From positions 1-38,983 of the IMG/VR virus record IMGVR_UViG_3300031472_000003: DNA of 38,983 nucleotides; one strand, written 5' to 3'. Of this stretch, positions 7,326-16,885 are shown in pieces. Below the pieces are notes generated by a model, which was given only the letters and a program-made list of their open reading frames with translations, did not search any database and was not told the DNA's origin. Numbering within the stretch: position 1 is the stretch's first letter; each line of letters opens with the position of its first letter. A program made the position numbers and the translations under genes. This DNA is from a virus (Duplodnaviria > Caudoviricetes).

Positions 7326-8399
7326 TCACTTTACTTTTTCCGCTTCGTCTCGAAGAAACGCGCCCAGCTTCTTAGTGATCTTGCCCTGCACGTCGCTGCG
7401 GTTTTTGTTGTAAGTAATGACGGTTTCGGCCCGCTTGTGCCGGCTGAACTCCTGGACTTCCGGGATGTTGCCCCCGGACTGCTCCAATGCGGCGGTAATC
7501 GCAAAGTGGCGGAACTTGTGCGGCGAGAGTTTGATGCCGAGCTTTTTGCCGTAAGTGCGGACAATGTCGTCTAGGCCGTCGCCGGTCAGCGCCGCCCCTT
7601 TGCTGCTTTCGCGGAAGGCGCAGTTCCGAAACAGTGCTCCGTCCCGGTGGCCGGCAGCCGCAAGGTAGTCAGAGATCGCCTGGGTCGTGTCTTCAAACAA
7701 GGTGATCCATATCTTGTCGGAATAGCCCTTCCCGACGACAGCAATCCGGCCCGGCGACGGCTCGAAGTCGGCGACGCCGAGGGCGCACACTTCCGCCCGG
7801 CGCAGGGCTGTTTCGGATAGCAGGAAGAGGAGTGCCCGGTCGCGCTTGCCGCGCAGAACCTGGGTATCAGGCAGCCCGCGCAGCTTCAGGATCATTTCAA
7901 CCTCCGGGCCATGCGTATCGCGGTACCCGCGTGCGGTCGGACTTTTCACCAGCCCCCGGCTGTCATGGGCGCAGTAGGGGCGGCGAACACCGGCGGCGTC
8001 CTGGAAGCTGAACTTGTGGCCCAGATCAATGAGCGCGTTGATGGACGAGAGGCGCAGCTTGACGGAGGCCGACGACAGGCCCGTCCCGGCAGGCCCGCCG
8101 GAGATTGAAATCTGGTTGCGATAGGTCGCAAGTTGCATCGCCATGTCGGCGGCGTCCTGAGCGAGAAACTCAAGCACGACCTGAGTCCCCGGCTCGCAGC
8201 CGTATACCTCTTGGAAGAAGCGCTTTAGGTTCTGGGCGTAGGTGCGCTGGGTCGCCGGCGACAGGGCGTTCTGGATGAGCTGGGCGTAGAGGTTCGGCCC
8301 GGCTGGGCCGGGTCCTGGGCGCGGCGCGGCAGCAATGGCTAATGGGCTTGATGCTAATGGGTTCGATGAACTTGCTGGCACGGGAAAATTATGCGTCAT
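7326..8399 (-). CDS. Tyrosine recombinase (resolvase or integrase)
   Basis: RDRALLFLLSETALRRAEV (R), GKG (K), PHKFRH (HxxR), SRH...TVITY (H, Y). Confidence 0.93.
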   Translation of the reverse strand: MTHNFPVPASSSNPLASSPLAIAAAPRPGPGPAGPNLYAQLIQNALSPATQRTYAQNLKRFFQEVYGCEPGTQVVLEFLAQDAADMAMQLATYRNQISISGGPAGTGLSSASVKLRLSSINALIDLGHKFSFQDAAGVRRPYCAHDSRGLVKSPTARGYRDTHGPEVEMILKLRGLPDTQVLRGKRDRALLFLLSETALRRAEVCALGVADFEPSPGRIAVVGKGYSDKIWITLFEDTTQAISDYLAAAGHRDGALFRNCAFRESSKGAALTGDGLDDIVRTYGKKLGIKLSPHKFRHFAITAALEQSGGNIPEVQEFSRHKRAETVITYNKNRSDVQGKITKKLGAFLRDEAEKVK

Positions 8400-8407
8400 T
8401 TACGATG

Positions 8408-8436
8408 ATGATACTGCATAATTCTACGGGTGTCAA
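8408..8436 (-). promoter_or_regulatory. Recombinase promoter
   Basis: TTGACA-17-TATCAT, 8 nt before the ATG at 8399; overlapped by AATTATGC/GCATAATT inverted repeat (8387-8423). Confidence 0.7.
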
Positions 8437-8470
8437 GAACTCCTGATAACCGCCATTTTTCGGAGTTCTT
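8435..8470. promoter_or_regulatory. Candidate recombination site (11-6-11, dif/lox-like)
   Basis: AAGA-ACTCCTGATAA-ccgcca-TTTTTCGGAGT-TCTT; outer arms AAGAACTCC/GGAGTTCTT are perfect. Confidence 0.55.
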
Positions 8471-8751
8471 AGGGAATGATAATGGCTGTTTACGATACCA
8501 AACCTCAGCCGGTCTTAGTTCCGTAGATATGCCGGCAGATTTCCGGCAGCCTCAAGTTCCGCGCTTCATCCTCCGACAATAGAGGCGTATGCCCTTCCGC
8601 CGTTATGACCCCCGCTGATGGCGGGCGGGCCATCAACTTTCCCAAACAACTTTTTACCCCATAGAGGCTGACCTGCCTCACCCGTCCGCCCTAAGAGACG
8701 CATATCTTGGCCTTGCAGAGGCCATGCTGCATCAACTGGGGTCGGACGTTT

Positions 8752-8790
8752 TTTTGTGACTCGACTGTATTTTGTGACTCGACTGTATTT
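8752..8790. repeat. 18-bp tandem duplication
   Basis: TTTTGTGACTCGACTGTA x2. Confidence 0.9.
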
Positions 8791-8801
8791 CTTTTACCAT
8801 C

Positions 8802-9065
8802 ATGCCATCTAAAAGTCTTGCAACATCCCCCTGGATCAAACTCGCCCGGCTGAACGTGCCGATCATCCAAGCCGCCGCAGCCATGCAGTGCAGCAAGAAG
8901 ACGGCAGCCGAGCGACTTGAGCAGGCCCACGCCGCTCTCGGCCAGCTCGCCACGCCGCTGCAGGCCGACGCGGTCGCCCTGCTGCAAGCCTCCGGCGTGG
9001 TTCGTCAGGAGATCAGCCGGCGGTCCTGGCAGGATGTGCTGCTCGGCTTTAAGCACGCAGCATAA
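8802..9065 (+). CDS. Small HTH-like protein
   Basis: VPIIQAAAAMQCSKKTAAERLEQAHAAL resembles a sigma region 4 type HTH. Confidence 0.5.
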   Translation: MPSKSLATSPWIKLARLNVPIIQAAAAMQCSKKTAAERLEQAHAALGQLATPLQADAVALLQASGVVRQEISRRSWQDVLLGFKHAA

Positions 9066-9075
9066 GGGGCTTTTC

Positions 9076-9660
9076 ATGGAAGACATTTTCTTGAAGCCGG
9101 TCCAGCGCAGCAAAGAATACTTGGAAGCGCTGGCCATGCTCGGCGGTTCGCCGGATGATCGCGGTTCATCTGATGATCTAATTTTATCTGATGTAATTGC
9201 GCTGGAAGATGCAACTGCGCCGGAAGTGGAAGTCGCTGGCGAGCTGGCCGAGCCGCTGGTACGTCTTATTCTTCACCATCATGGCAATATCGCTTGCGGT
9301 GGAGGTCTTCCCGGAAGCCCCGCCCCGCTGCGCTCCAATTGGGGCCGGCGCATTCGCTGACTTCCAAGCCCTGTCGCCCTAACCCTGACTCTCACTGTCG
9401 CCGGCACGGACTTTTCCTGCCGCCTCCCCGATGTCCGGCACTTAATTTCCACCATGTCCACTCGCTGCTTTTTCATCATTTGGGAAGTGTATGCCTTTCT
9501 CGGCCTGCGCCCGCTTCAGGCGGTCCATCTGCTGCGCCGGCAGGGTGTGCGTGTCTCGCCCAATCGGGCGAAGTACCATCTGTCGAAAGCTGCGGAGCGA
9601 ATCCAAGATCAGTGCGACGGGCTGTCCCTCGTCAAGTTTCCCGCAAAAGAGACGGCATGA
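9076..9660 (+). pseudogene. Probable late-transcription regulator interrupted by one in-frame TGA (9358-9360)
   Basis: AAGGGG SD plus ATG at 9076; ORF 9454-9660 is in the same frame with no other stop between; helical HTH-like C-terminus; position upstream of the terminase. Confidence 0.45.
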
Positions 9661-9968
9661 ATAAAAATTCTGGAATGAAATCAAACATTTTCTGGACACT
9701 AACTTGCCTGCTCATCCTGCTTGCAACGGTGCTTTTTAGCTCCTGGCTGCCGGCGGCTCCAGCCAAGCCGAACAGGGTCAAGCCGAACAGGGTCAAGCCG
9801 AACAGGGTCACTCGCAGGACGCCGGCTCCTAAAGTCATCCAATCCGAGAACAAGCCTAACGAGAACAGGCCTAAGCCGGTGATCAAGATTGGCGGCGCTG
9901 ACTACGTCCTGGTCCGCATCGGCAAGCCCTACATTTACGAGATGCGAGAGTCAGCGGGCAAAAAATGA
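9657..9968 (+). CDS. Membrane-anchored protein with KPNRV repeats
   Basis: Hydrophobic IFWTLTCLLILLATVLFSSW; ATGA overlaps on both sides. Confidence 0.65.
   Translation: MNKNSGMKSNIFWTLTCLLILLATVLFSSWLPAAPAKPNRVKPNRVKPNRVTRRTPAPKVIQSENKPNENRPKPVIKIGGADYVLVRIGKPYIYEMRESAGKK
9764..9874. repeat. Two in-frame 15-bp tandem repeats
   Basis: CAAGCCGAACAGGGT x3 (9764-9810) and CGAGAACARGCCTAA x2 (9845-9874). Confidence 0.92.
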
Positions 9969-10225
9969 ACACCCTATTGGAAACAAATGTCGTGGTCGAA
10001 AGCGTCTTACTCCCGCAGGGCGGCGTGGTCGAGAGCGTCAGACAGACGTATGACCAGGACCTTACTAGGCCGCGCCCGGAGTGGGTCCGCGGCACCTGTC
10101 CCCAGTGCGGCGCGGAGATTGTCGCTAATTGCTATTACGTGGCGTCCAGGGGCTACTTGATATTGCATCAGTGTTGGGAGAGCCTCGGTGACAACCCGAC
10201 TTGTGCTTACCGTAAAGTCATATAA
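9965..10225 (+). CDS. Zn-ribbon protein
   Basis: CPQCG...CW...C motifs. Confidence 0.7.
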   Translation: MNTLLETNVVVESVLLPQGGVVESVRQTYDQDLTRPRPEWVRGTCPQCGAEIVANCYYVASRGYLILHQCWESLGDNPTCAYRKVI

Positions 10226-10265
10226 AACCTGAGTGCAATCGCCCTGAATGATGTAAAATAAATGT

Positions 10266-10559
10266 ATGGATACTGCAGACAAATCGCCGGTGACGATAGG
10301 AAGCAAAGCGCCGCCGCTGACGGTCCGCGTGGCAGCGGCGGCGCTGCGCCTTGCGGCGGGTTCCCTCTACGGTGATGACTGCATGGCACGCCTTCAGGCT
10401 CTCGCGGGACTGCCCTGCCCCCACTGCGGTGCGGTCGTCGTGCTGGACGGCGCTCGCCTCGTTTGCTCGGAAGGCCTGCGCTACGGGGCGAAGTGCTGCG
10501 AGTCTTGGCGGAACCCCGACGCCGCCGAAGCGGACATTCTGGGCAATTCCCCGCAGTAG
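10266..10559 (+). CDS. Zn-ribbon protein
   Basis: CPHCG...LVC...C; TAAAAT lies 6 nt before the ATG. Confidence 0.6.
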   Translation: MDTADKSPVTIGSKAPPLTVRVAAAALRLAAGSLYGDDCMARLQALAGLPCPHCGAVVVLDGARLVCSEGLRYGAKCCESWRNPDAAEADILGNSPQ

Positions 10560-10589
10560 TCTCGCCTCCTCAATTTGTGCGCTGATACA

Positions 10590-10623
10590 ATCGACCTACC
10601 CGCTGGGCAGTGTCGATTTTTTT
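10590..10623 (+). terminator. Intrinsic terminator
   Basis: AATCGAC...GTCGATT stem followed by a run of T. Confidence 0.7.
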
Positions 10624-10710
10624 GCGTCTTGTACGTTTTCAGAAAGACCTAATGAAAGGAGGCTCCAAGTCGGTGACTGCCGCAGCGAGCCTTATCGACC
10701 AGCACGAACC

Positions 10711-10818
10711 ATGCACGATCTCATAGTCGGCGATTGCCGCGAGACCCTGAAACATTTTCCCACCAACCATTTTCATGCGGCGAAAAGATTCGAAGTGGGA
10801 GGCGATGATGCTTCCTGA
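10711..10818 (+). pseudogene. N-terminal remnant of an N6/N4 DNA methyltransferase
   Basis: MHDLIVGDCRETLKHFPTNHFHA resembles the GDC..L..L...S.D start of beta-class MTases and ends before any DPPY motif. Confidence 0.5.
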
Positions 10819-11623
10819 AACTCAATTCCCTGACAACCAACTTTTTAACGGCGACTGCCTCGAGCGGATGCGGTCGCTGCCGAATGCGAGCGTGGATCTG
10901 GTTCTGACCGACCCGCCCTACGGCACGACGCACTTGCCCTTCGACAAGCAGTACCGCAAGCGCGGCCTCGACTGGGAAGCGTGGTGGGCTGAAGTCCACC
11001 GGGTCGCGAAGCTGTCCGCCATCATCTGCTGCTTTGCGGCCCAGCCGTTCACCACCGATCTCATCTGCTCGAACCGGAAAAACTTTCGCTATGATTTGGT
11101 CTGGGCGAAGACGTCGCCGGTGGGGTTCCTCTCGGCGAATGTGCGGCCGCTCCGCTCCCATGAGAGCCTTCTGATCTTCTGCCGGCGTTTTGGTCCAAGA
11201 CGGGTGCAGCAAGGCGAGCATTTTGTCCGCCAGGCGCAGAGCGTCTACAATCCGCAGTTCACGGTAGGGACACCCTATCTGCATCATTGTCAGGCAAAGC
11301 CAGCGACCCACTATTCTGCGACTAAAGCGCTCCCCAGCCGGCAGAACGACGGCCAGCGGTATCCGACGTCGGTCTTGACGTTCGGGCGAGATGTGCCATC
11401 GTCTCATCCCACGGCGAAGCCCGAAGCACTTTTGCGCTGGGTGATCCGAAGCTATTCTCATGCCGGCGACGTTGTCCTCGATCCCTTTATGGGCGGCGGC
11501 TCCTGCGGACGAGCGGCCGCGTTCGAGCAGCGCCGCTTCATCGGCATGGGAGCTGATCCTGTCCACTTCGCCACCGCTGAGCCGCGCATTCAGGCCGCTT
11601 ACCAATCGCCTGATCTGCACTAA
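10805..11623 (+). CDS. Beta-class N6/N4 DNA methyltransferase
   Basis: GDCLERM, LTDPPYG, HPTAKP, VVLDPFMGGGS; GGGAGG SD. Confidence 0.9.
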   Translation: MMLPETQFPDNQLFNGDCLERMRSLPNASVDLVLTDPPYGTTHLPFDKQYRKRGLDWEAWWAEVHRVAKLSAIICCFAAQPFTTDLICSNRKNFRYDLVWAKTSPVGFLSANVRPLRSHESLLIFCRRFGPRRVQQGEHFVRQAQSVYNPQFTVGTPYLHHCQAKPATHYSATKALPSRQNDGQRYPTSVLTFGRDVPSSHPTAKPEALLRWVIRSYSHAGDVVLDPFMGGGSCGRAAAFEQRRFIGMGADPVHFATAEPRIQAAYQSPDLH

Positions 11624-11638
11624 ACTGCACCAAAATCC

Positions 11639-12253
11639 ATGACAAAAGACACTTGGACCGCGAAACATGAGGAGGCAGTTTTCCTCGTTGCTGAAGACGA
11701 GCTGACTGACCTTGACATCGCGGCGGAGCTCGGCATCTCCAAGCGGACCCTGGAAGGCTGGAAGCGCGACACTCTGTTCCGAGAGCGGCTGAAGGACGTG
11801 ATCAGCGAAATCCACGCAGCGCTCATGCAGCGGGGTATCGCCCGTCTGGACCGCCGGCTGGCCCGCTGGAACAAGACCTGGCACGACTTACAAGCCGTGA
11901 TCGAGGCGCGGGCTACAGAGTACCGAGCTGATTACGATGTCATCGGCGGCGAGACGGGCCTCGTCGTCAAAAACGAAAAACCGGGCATGTTTGGCACGAC
12001 TGTCGAGATCTCTGTGGACACTGGCATTCTCGCCGAGCTGAGGGCTTTAGAGCAGCAAGCCGCCAAAGAGCTTGGCCAATGGGTCGAGAAGCACGATCTG
12101 ACGAGCGGCGGGAAAGCGCTGCCGGCAGGACCGGATCTGCGCGGCTTGTCCGCCGCTCGTCTCGCAGAGCTGGAACAAATCTTGATGGAGGCCGATGATG
12201 CCAGTAATTCTGCCCACCCTGCACGCTGTGAGGGCGGAGAAGTGCCGGCGTAG
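11639..12253 (+). CDS. terS: Terminase small subunit (N-terminal HTH)
   Basis: LTDLDIAAELGISKRTLEGWK; C-terminal KELGQWVEKHDLTSGGK; immediately upstream of TerL. Confidence 0.8.
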   Translation: MTKDTWTAKHEEAVFLVAEDELTDLDIAAELGISKRTLEGWKRDTLFRERLKDVISEIHAALMQRGIARLDRRLARWNKTWHDLQAVIEARATEYRADYDVIGGETGLVVKNEKPGMFGTTVEISVDTGILAELRALEQQAAKELGQWVEKHDLTSGGKALPAGPDLRGLSAARLAELEQILMEADDASNSAHPARCEGGEVPA

Positions 12254-13808
12254 TTTTTCAGCGTTCTTCCGCTTTGGCTGGCACGTCCTAGAGCCGTCCA
12301 CGCCGCTTTCTGACAACTGGCATATCGACGCGGTTTGTGATCACCTTCAGGCGCTTCTGGAAGACTGGAGAGACGTCCAGCGGGCGCAGGCAGCAAACAA
12401 CAAAAAGAAGGCTGGTGAGCTGCTCTTAGACATCCCGCGGCAGCGCATCCAGAACCTCGTCGTCAACATCCCGCCTGGCACCGCGAAAAGCCGGATGCTG
12501 TCTGTCTACGCGCCGGCGTGGATGTGGCTTGAGTGGCCTGAGTGGCGGGCCGTCTTCATCTCCGGCAACCCGCGCGTCGCGCTGCGGGACTCGATGTTCT
12601 GCCGCGAAGTCATCCGCTCCGAGTGGTATCAGTCGCTGTTTCAGCCGACGTGGGGCACGAAATGGTCCATCACCTATGGCAAGGATGCCAAGAGTTTTTT
12701 CCACAACACCTGCGGCGGGCTGCGGCTGGCCATTGGGGCCAAGTCGAAGATCACTGGTGACCGCTTTGACAGCGTGATCGTGGATGACCCGAACGACATG
12801 GCGACGGTAGAGTCACTCGCCGAGCGCGACAGCGTCAACGACTGGTGGGACGGCGCTGCCGGCAACCGCGTCAACGACCTGCGGTACTCCACCCGCGTCC
12901 TGATCCAGCAGCGCGGCCATGAAGACGATTTAAGCGGTCATGTGCTGCCGTCGGATGCCTGGTTCCACCTTTTGATCCGGATGGAGCATGAGGCGACGAA
13001 GCCAGGCGACGAGCGCCACTGTAAATGTCCGTCGTGCCAGCGCGGAACCAACCCTATCGGCTGGTGCGACCCGCGCACAAGCCCTGGCGAGCTGCTCGAC
13101 CTGCGGCGCTTCCCGGAATACGTTCTGAACCAGGAGCGCATCCGGCTCGGCACCCGCGGCTATGCGGGCCAGTACCAGCAGCGGCCCGCGCCGGCGGAAG
13201 GCATGATCTTCAAGGAAGCGTGGTTCATCAATCGCTACAAGTCCATGCCTAAGCTGCGGGATGTGGCGACGCTTTGGGACCTTGCGCTCAAGGCCAAAGA
13301 ACAAAACGACGAGACGGCCTGCCTCACCTACGGCGTGGGCGTGGATGACGGCCAGCCGTACATTCTGCGAATGGCGCATGGCCGCTGGGAAACGCCGGAC
13401 GTCGCGAAGTTCCTGATCAGCCAGGCGGACTGGCTGAAGGGTCTGTACGGCGACGAGTACCGGGGTGATTATGTCGAGGACAAAGTCGCCGGCACCACGC
13501 TGATGCAGTACGTCAAGCGCTCCCGCCCCGACCTTGCGCTGATCCCCGTCCAAGTGGAAGGGGACAAGGTGGCCCGCGCCCAGGGCGTGACGCCGCTGTG
13601 CGAGGCGCAGCGCGTTCTCTTGCCGGATCCCGCCGTGTTCCCGGCCACTCAAAGCTGGGTGAGGGATTTGCTGGCGCAGCTTCTCACCTTCCCCGCCGAC
13701 ACCCATGACGACATTGTGGACGTGTTCGTGTATGCCCTCAAGCGCTACCTCGGCACATTGAACCGGCAGAAGTCCCGGCGCGGCAAAGGCGGCGGCATGG
13801 CCGGCTGA
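12195..13808 (+). CDS. terL: Terminase large subunit
   Basis: Walker A NIPPGTAKS, Walker B VIVDDP, GQYQQRP, nuclease motifs WDLA, VEDK and HDDIVD. Confidence 0.95.
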   Translation: MMPVILPTLHAVRAEKCRRSFSAFFRFGWHVLEPSTPLSDNWHIDAVCDHLQALLEDWRDVQRAQAANNKKKAGELLLDIPRQRIQNLVVNIPPGTAKSRMLSVYAPAWMWLEWPEWRAVFISGNPRVALRDSMFCREVIRSEWYQSLFQPTWGTKWSITYGKDAKSFFHNTCGGLRLAIGAKSKITGDRFDSVIVDDPNDMATVESLAERDSVNDWWDGAAGNRVNDLRYSTRVLIQQRGHEDDLSGHVLPSDAWFHLLIRMEHEATKPGDERHCKCPSCQRGTNPIGWCDPRTSPGELLDLRRFPEYVLNQERIRLGTRGYAGQYQQRPAPAEGMIFKEAWFINRYKSMPKLRDVATLWDLALKAKEQNDETACLTYGVGVDDGQPYILRMAHGRWETPDVAKFLISQADWLKGLYGDEYRGDYVEDKVAGTTLMQYVKRSRPDLALIPVQVEGDKVARAQGVTPLCEAQRVLLPDPAVFPATQSWVRDLLAQLLTFPADTHDDIVDVFVYALKRYLGTLNRQKSRRGKGGGMAG

Positions 13809-13844
13809 TACAAATGCGGCATGGCCGGCTAGTGATCACACTCT

Positions 13845-15386
13845 ATGCAAACTGCACCAGAAATCGCGGCGGCACTGATTGGCACGAAATCGGTGCCGCC
13901 GGGCTTGCCCCTGCTTCGAGAGCGAGCGGCGGAGGCCTGGGCATATCACCGCCTGGCTCCCTATCCGTTCTACCACTTCAAAGACTGGCAAACGGAGGAC
14001 CGGGGGCCGCTGCCGCGCTGCCTACCCTTCGCCAAGTCCATTGTCCAGCGGGGCGCTCGCTTTTTGTTCGGCAAGCCGCTCCAGCTCATGTGCGCCGGCA
14101 ACTCGGCCTGGGAGACGTTCCTACGGGAGGCGTGGACCGAAAACGCGATGGGTGCTCGGCTCGTGCCGATTGCTGTCAAAGCGGCGCTCGAGTCCGGCAT
14201 CGCCCTGAAGTTCGCCTACGACGAAACGAACCAGGGCAAGCCGCTGTCCATTCAGTCGTTGTCGGTGGTGGACCAGGTGCGCCTCTTTTACCATCCGCAC
14301 GACGTGGACCTGCTTCTGATGGCCCGGGTTCAGTACCGCTATTTCGATCCGGCCCAGAACCAAACCTTCTGGTACAGAGAAGAGTGGACCGCCGAGGAGG
14401 AAGCCCATTACGCGCCGCTGCCTGACAGCTCCGGCACTAGCCAGTTCAACCCGGACACGTCGGACGCGTGGATCATGGACAGCCGGGAGACGAACCCCTT
14501 TGGCGTGATCCCGCTGCACTACATCAAAAACCAGGAAAGCGACGATTCCTTTGGCCTCTTGGACCTTCAGGATGTCTACCGGGTCGTGGACAACATCCAC
14601 CTGACTTACCACCTGATGAACCGCTCGAACCAGTTCGACGCGGACACGAACCCCATTTTTATTGATGCGGATCTGGATGAACAAGACATTGACCGGCCCT
14701 TGCAGCCTGGGCAGCCCGTGGACCTGCAAAGTAAAGAGGGGCAGGAGCATCAGGCGAAGGTGCAGTTCCCCTCCGGCGGCAACGCGCTTCGGCCCGCAAT
14801 GATGGAGTATGCGCGGGATTTGAAAGCGCAGGTGCTGGCCGCAGCCGGCAGCGTGGAAGTCAACCTCGCGGACATCAGCCACATGGGAAACATGACTCGC
14901 GCCGTGCTGACCCAGACGTATCTGCCGCTGCTGGAAATGACAGAAGAGAAGCGCAAATCGTGGGGGGAGAGCGGCCTGATCGCCTTCTTCTCACTTGTCG
15001 CAAAGGGTCTGAAGAACGCCGGGGCGCAGCTCGGCATCACAGGCGACGCCGATAGCTGCGCGGTGACGATCCAGTGGCCGGAACATTTTGAGTTGTCCGA
15101 AGATGAAAAGGCCGCGCGGACCGGGCGCATCCAGGAGCAGGAGCTGGCCGGCTACGTCACCCACGACCGGGCGATTGAGGAAATCGCGCCGATGGAAGGC
15201 CGCACGGACGTCGAGGCGCTGAAAGGCGAGCTGGCGGCGGAAGCCGCGGCGAAGGCAAAGCTGGCGGCCGCAACGCCGACCGCGACTGACCCAAGCGCCG
15301 CGCCGGGCGACCAGGACCCGAGCCTTGCCAACACGGAGATGGAAATCAAGGGCCTCGTGAAGATGGGTGGAGACAGCAGCAAATGA
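13845..15386 (+). CDS. Portal protein (SPP1 gp6-like)
   Basis: 513 aa directly after TerL; NPFGVIPLHYIKN motif. Confidence 0.85.
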   Translation: MQTAPEIAAALIGTKSVPPGLPLLRERAAEAWAYHRLAPYPFYHFKDWQTEDRGPLPRCLPFAKSIVQRGARFLFGKPLQLMCAGNSAWETFLREAWTENAMGARLVPIAVKAALESGIALKFAYDETNQGKPLSIQSLSVVDQVRLFYHPHDVDLLLMARVQYRYFDPAQNQTFWYREEWTAEEEAHYAPLPDSSGTSQFNPDTSDAWIMDSRETNPFGVIPLHYIKNQESDDSFGLLDLQDVYRVVDNIHLTYHLMNRSNQFDADTNPIFIDADLDEQDIDRPLQPGQPVDLQSKEGQEHQAKVQFPSGGNALRPAMMEYARDLKAQVLAAAGSVEVNLADISHMGNMTRAVLTQTYLPLLEMTEEKRKSWGESGLIAFFSLVAKGLKNAGAQLGITGDADSCAVTIQWPEHFELSEDEKAARTGRIQEQELAGYVTHDRAIEEIAPMEGRTDVEALKGELAAEAAAKAKLAAATPTATDPSAAPGDQDPSLANTEMEIKGLVKMGGDSSK

Positions 15387-15649
15387 AAATTCTATCCGAA
15401 GGCGCAATTCCGATGCCGCCGCCGCTCTGGCCGATTGACTTTGGCTTTGAATGCTACCGCTGTCACTGCAAATTCGCCTTTGAGGAAGGCGACACCGTTC
15501 GGCAAGAGACGGAGCGCCGTCCGCACGGTAAAAGCACTCTCACGGTTTCCTGTCCCTGCTGCGACATCAGTTTGCAGGCGATCCGCCCAGATGGAAGCTG
15601 CCTTGCTACTTCCCAAGACACGTTCAGCTTAACAGCACCTGCGAGTTAA
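15383..15649 (+). CDS. Small Zn-finger protein
   Basis: FECYRCHC...VSCPCC; ATGA overlap with the portal gene. Confidence 0.65.
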   Translation: MKILSEGAIPMPPPLWPIDFGFECYRCHCKFAFEEGDTVRQETERRPHGKSTLTVSCPCCDISLQAIRPDGSCLATSQDTFSLTAPAS

Positions 15650-15673
15650 CATCGCCTGCGAGCAACTAGCCCA

Positions 15674-16633
15674 ATGCCTCCACAGCAGTACCAGCAGATC
15701 CTTCGGGACAGTCGCCGCGCTCAGCTTGCGGGCAACGCCGACGCCGTGCGCCGGCTGGAAGCGCTGCTGGCGCGAACTGCCGCAAATCTGGCCCGCGAGA
15801 TACAGATGACCCCGCGCGGCCTGCTAGGGGAGCGCTACCGGCGTCAGCTTCTCGGTTCGCTGCACCGCGTTCTGGACGGAATGCGCGATGAGTACAAGGG
15901 CCTTCTGGATAGCGGCATCACCCAGGCGGCAACCGCAGCCGCAGCCCGCGAGCGGGAAATTCTCGCAGCGGCATATGCGGGCCGCTCCCAGTTTCGGGCC
16001 GACCAGGCGCTTGCTTTGTCGTCGGCGCAGGGAAGCGCCGCTGTTCAGTTCGGCACCGTCCCAAAGGTCGTCTTAAACCGCCTGTATGCCCGCGTATACC
16101 CGGACGGACTGCATCTCCCCGAGCGGCTTTATAACTTGGATTTGGAAGCGCGGCGGGTGATCGGTGACGAAGTGACCAAAGCCATTGCGACCGGAGCCAG
16201 CAGCCGCGCCCTGGCTGCCGCCATCGCGCCGCATCTCACCGCCGAAGGCGTGGGAGAAAATCCTAAAGACAACGTGCGCTACAAGGCGATGCGGATCGCC
16301 CGCACGGAAATCAATGTCGCCTACCGAGAAGGCACCGTCGCCAGCGCCACGAACCCTGATGGAACACTGAAAAGCTATATCAGCGCCGTTGGCTTTCGCC
16401 TGTCGGCGTCTCATCCGCGCATCTGCATCTGTGACCTGTACGCCGGTCAGGACAACGGCCTCGGAGCCGGAAACTACCTTCCCGAAGACGTGCCGACCGC
16501 GCCGCATCCGCACTGCCTGTGCTACCTCGTGACGATCCTCGCCGCGCTGCCGGACCAGCAGTTCATCGCCCTCGCGCCGCACCCAAACAAGGTGCCGGAG
16601 AGCCAACTTAAATACTACGGAGCCATCGTATGA
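15674..16633 (+). CDS. Minor head morphogenesis protein (MuF/SPP1 gp7-like)
   Basis: AMRIARTEINVAY, ICDLYA and PHPHCLC motifs. Confidence 0.85.
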   Translation: MPPQQYQQILRDSRRAQLAGNADAVRRLEALLARTAANLAREIQMTPRGLLGERYRRQLLGSLHRVLDGMRDEYKGLLDSGITQAATAAAAREREILAAAYAGRSQFRADQALALSSAQGSAAVQFGTVPKVVLNRLYARVYPDGLHLPERLYNLDLEARRVIGDEVTKAIATGASSRALAAAIAPHLTAEGVGENPKDNVRYKAMRIARTEINVAYREGTVASATNPDGTLKSYISAVGFRLSASHPRICICDLYAGQDNGLGAGNYLPEDVPTAPHPHCLCYLVTILAALPDQQFIALAPHPNKVPESQLKYYGAIV

Positions 16634-16824
16634 CCTTAGCTATAATCTTTGCGGCGACGCTTCTTGTGTGCCTTATCACTGCCAGGGTGCTGTGGAAGGA
16701 GCATCGGCAGAAGCAGCGCCGGCAGGTGGAGGAAATCCGCCGGCGGGCGCACCTGAAGATGGTCCAGTTCAACGATGCACGCATTGAGCGCACCCTGCTG
16801 ATGAACCGTTCTGACCTCTTTTAA
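16630..16824 (+). CDS. Small membrane protein
   Basis: N-terminal TM helix followed by a basic tail; ATGA overlap. Confidence 0.6.
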   Translation: MTLAIIFAATLLVCLITARVLWKEHRQKQRRQVEEIRRRAHLKMVQFNDARIERTLLMNRSDLF

Positions 16825-16885
16825 CAATTTCGCATTTTAGCGATTTCGCAGCGGCTAATGACAAAGTGTATAGGCGAGGCCGGCG

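Noticed and set aside
6724-9660. Genome-wide TGA recoding or selenocysteine
   Set aside because: TGA ends many genes in ATGA overlaps, and no clear SECIS-like hairpin follows the internal TGAs.
10721-11884. Long antisense ORFs (also 12930-13706, 14121-14882, 17710-18720, 21836-22750)
   Set aside because: Typical high-GC shadow ORFs opposite well-supported genes.
13016-13075. Intein in TerL (HCKCPSC segment)
   Set aside because: Far too short and without splicing motifs; at most a small Zn-binding loop.
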